From assembly GCA_049511795.1 (NCBI GenBank), contig JBEKXS010000001.1:150001-182000 (forward strand): a DNA stretch of 32,000 nt, in the 5' to 3' direction. This stretch comes from Candidatus Saccharimonadota bacterium. Lineage in GTDB: Archaea > Nanobdellota > Nanobdellia > Pacearchaeales > GW2011-AR1. Position 1 is the stretch's first letter. Each line of letters begins with the position of its first letter. The notes under the pieces are model-generated. The model was given only the letters and a program-made list of their open reading frames with translations, ran no database searches and was not told the origin of the DNA. Below are positions 31,718-32,000 of the stretch, piece by piece. Both the position numbers and the translations under genes were made by a program.

Positions 31718-31918
31718 ATGGCAAAGAAAAAATTAAAGTTTTTTATGCTTACATATGATTTTGTTACCATACTTGAGGTAATTGGAGCGCTTTACATATT
31801 TTTTTATCTTGCGCAAATAATTAGGGGTTCTCCTCTAGTAATTGGGTTAATTTTTATACTCATAGCTTTTGTTATAAGATTTTTTGATTATAATCTTAGA
31901 AATTATAAATTCTCTTAA
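31718..31918 (+). CDS. Small two-TM membrane protein (66 aa)
   Basis: The ATG is 1 nt after the rpoK stop (TAAAATG). Two hydrophobic helices are present (FVTILEVIGALYIFFYLAQII and LVIGLIFILIAFVIRFF). Confidence 0.45.
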   Translation: MAKKKLKFFMLTYDFVTILEVIGALYIFFYLAQIIRGSPLVIGLIFILIAFVIRFFDYNLRNYKFS

Positions 31919-31953
31919 AGAAAATATTATAAAGCAAAAACTCTATTTTCTTT

Positions 31954-31999
31954 TATGGTCGTGATAAAAAAAGTTTCTGCAAAAGCAATTTTTGATTCT
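31954..31999 (+). CDS. eno: Probable enolase, N-terminal 15 codons only (runs off the window)
   Basis: MVVIKKVSAKAIFDS resembles the conserved enolase N-terminus (...I..V.AReILDSRGNPT). eno follows rpoK in many archaeal genomes. Only 46 nt are visible. Confidence 0.5.
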
Positions 32000-32000
32000 A

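Noticed and set aside
1-31999. CRISPR arrays, tRNA/rRNA genes, IS elements, integrases, prophage or known defence-system genes.
   Set aside because: Non-coding gaps are all 145 nt or shorter and contain only promoter-like A/T-rich sequence. I saw no direct-repeat/spacer periodicity, no GC-rich tRNA-like islands and no transposase, integrase or recognisable defence motifs in any frame.

Overview
AT-rich, very compact archaeal chromosome segment: about 40 protein genes in 32 kb, with many gene junctions only 1-3 nt long. I found no rRNA, tRNA, CRISPR array, transposase or integrase. The gene content is clearly archaeal: exosome superoperon (Pop5, psmA, SBDS, rrp4, rrp41, rrp42), RpoK followed by the start of enolase, aCPSF1/FttA, aRNase J, class I CCA-adding enzyme, RtcB, Mre11-Rad50, proteasome beta, a presenilin-like protease, a TrmB regulator and prepilin-type pilins. 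Miniaturised proteins (87-aa Pop5, 686-aa Rad50), Cys-rich surface proteins full of N-x-S/T sequons and the absence of metabolic genes suggest a DPANN-like small-genome archaeon (inference only). Layout: 1-2829 (+) is a type IV pilus-like locus with a split platform protein and two pilin-like genes. 2833-4664 (-) holds RtcB plus a coupled HExxH protein. 4810-11743 (+) holds four consecutive secreted or anchored surface proteins. 11812-14699 (+) holds a GTPase, a small protein, a Zn-ribbon protein and cca. 14677-17679 is a six-gene operon (two FHA proteins, TrmB, four unrecognisable small proteins counting the divergent gene). 17654-26439 (-) holds presenilin-like protease, aCPSF1, psmB, rad50, mre11, a tail-anchored protein and RNase J. 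26525-end (+) is the exosome superoperon joined directly to rpoK-eno, with unannotatable small ORFs exactly filling three inter-gene slots. The best candidates for undescribed biology are the FHA/TrmB operon, the surface-protein cluster with novel Cys-repeat modules, the small ORFs inside the exosome operon, and the RtcB-HExxH pair. None can be proven novel from sequence alone. All family calls come from motif recognition by eye and need HMM or structure confirmation.
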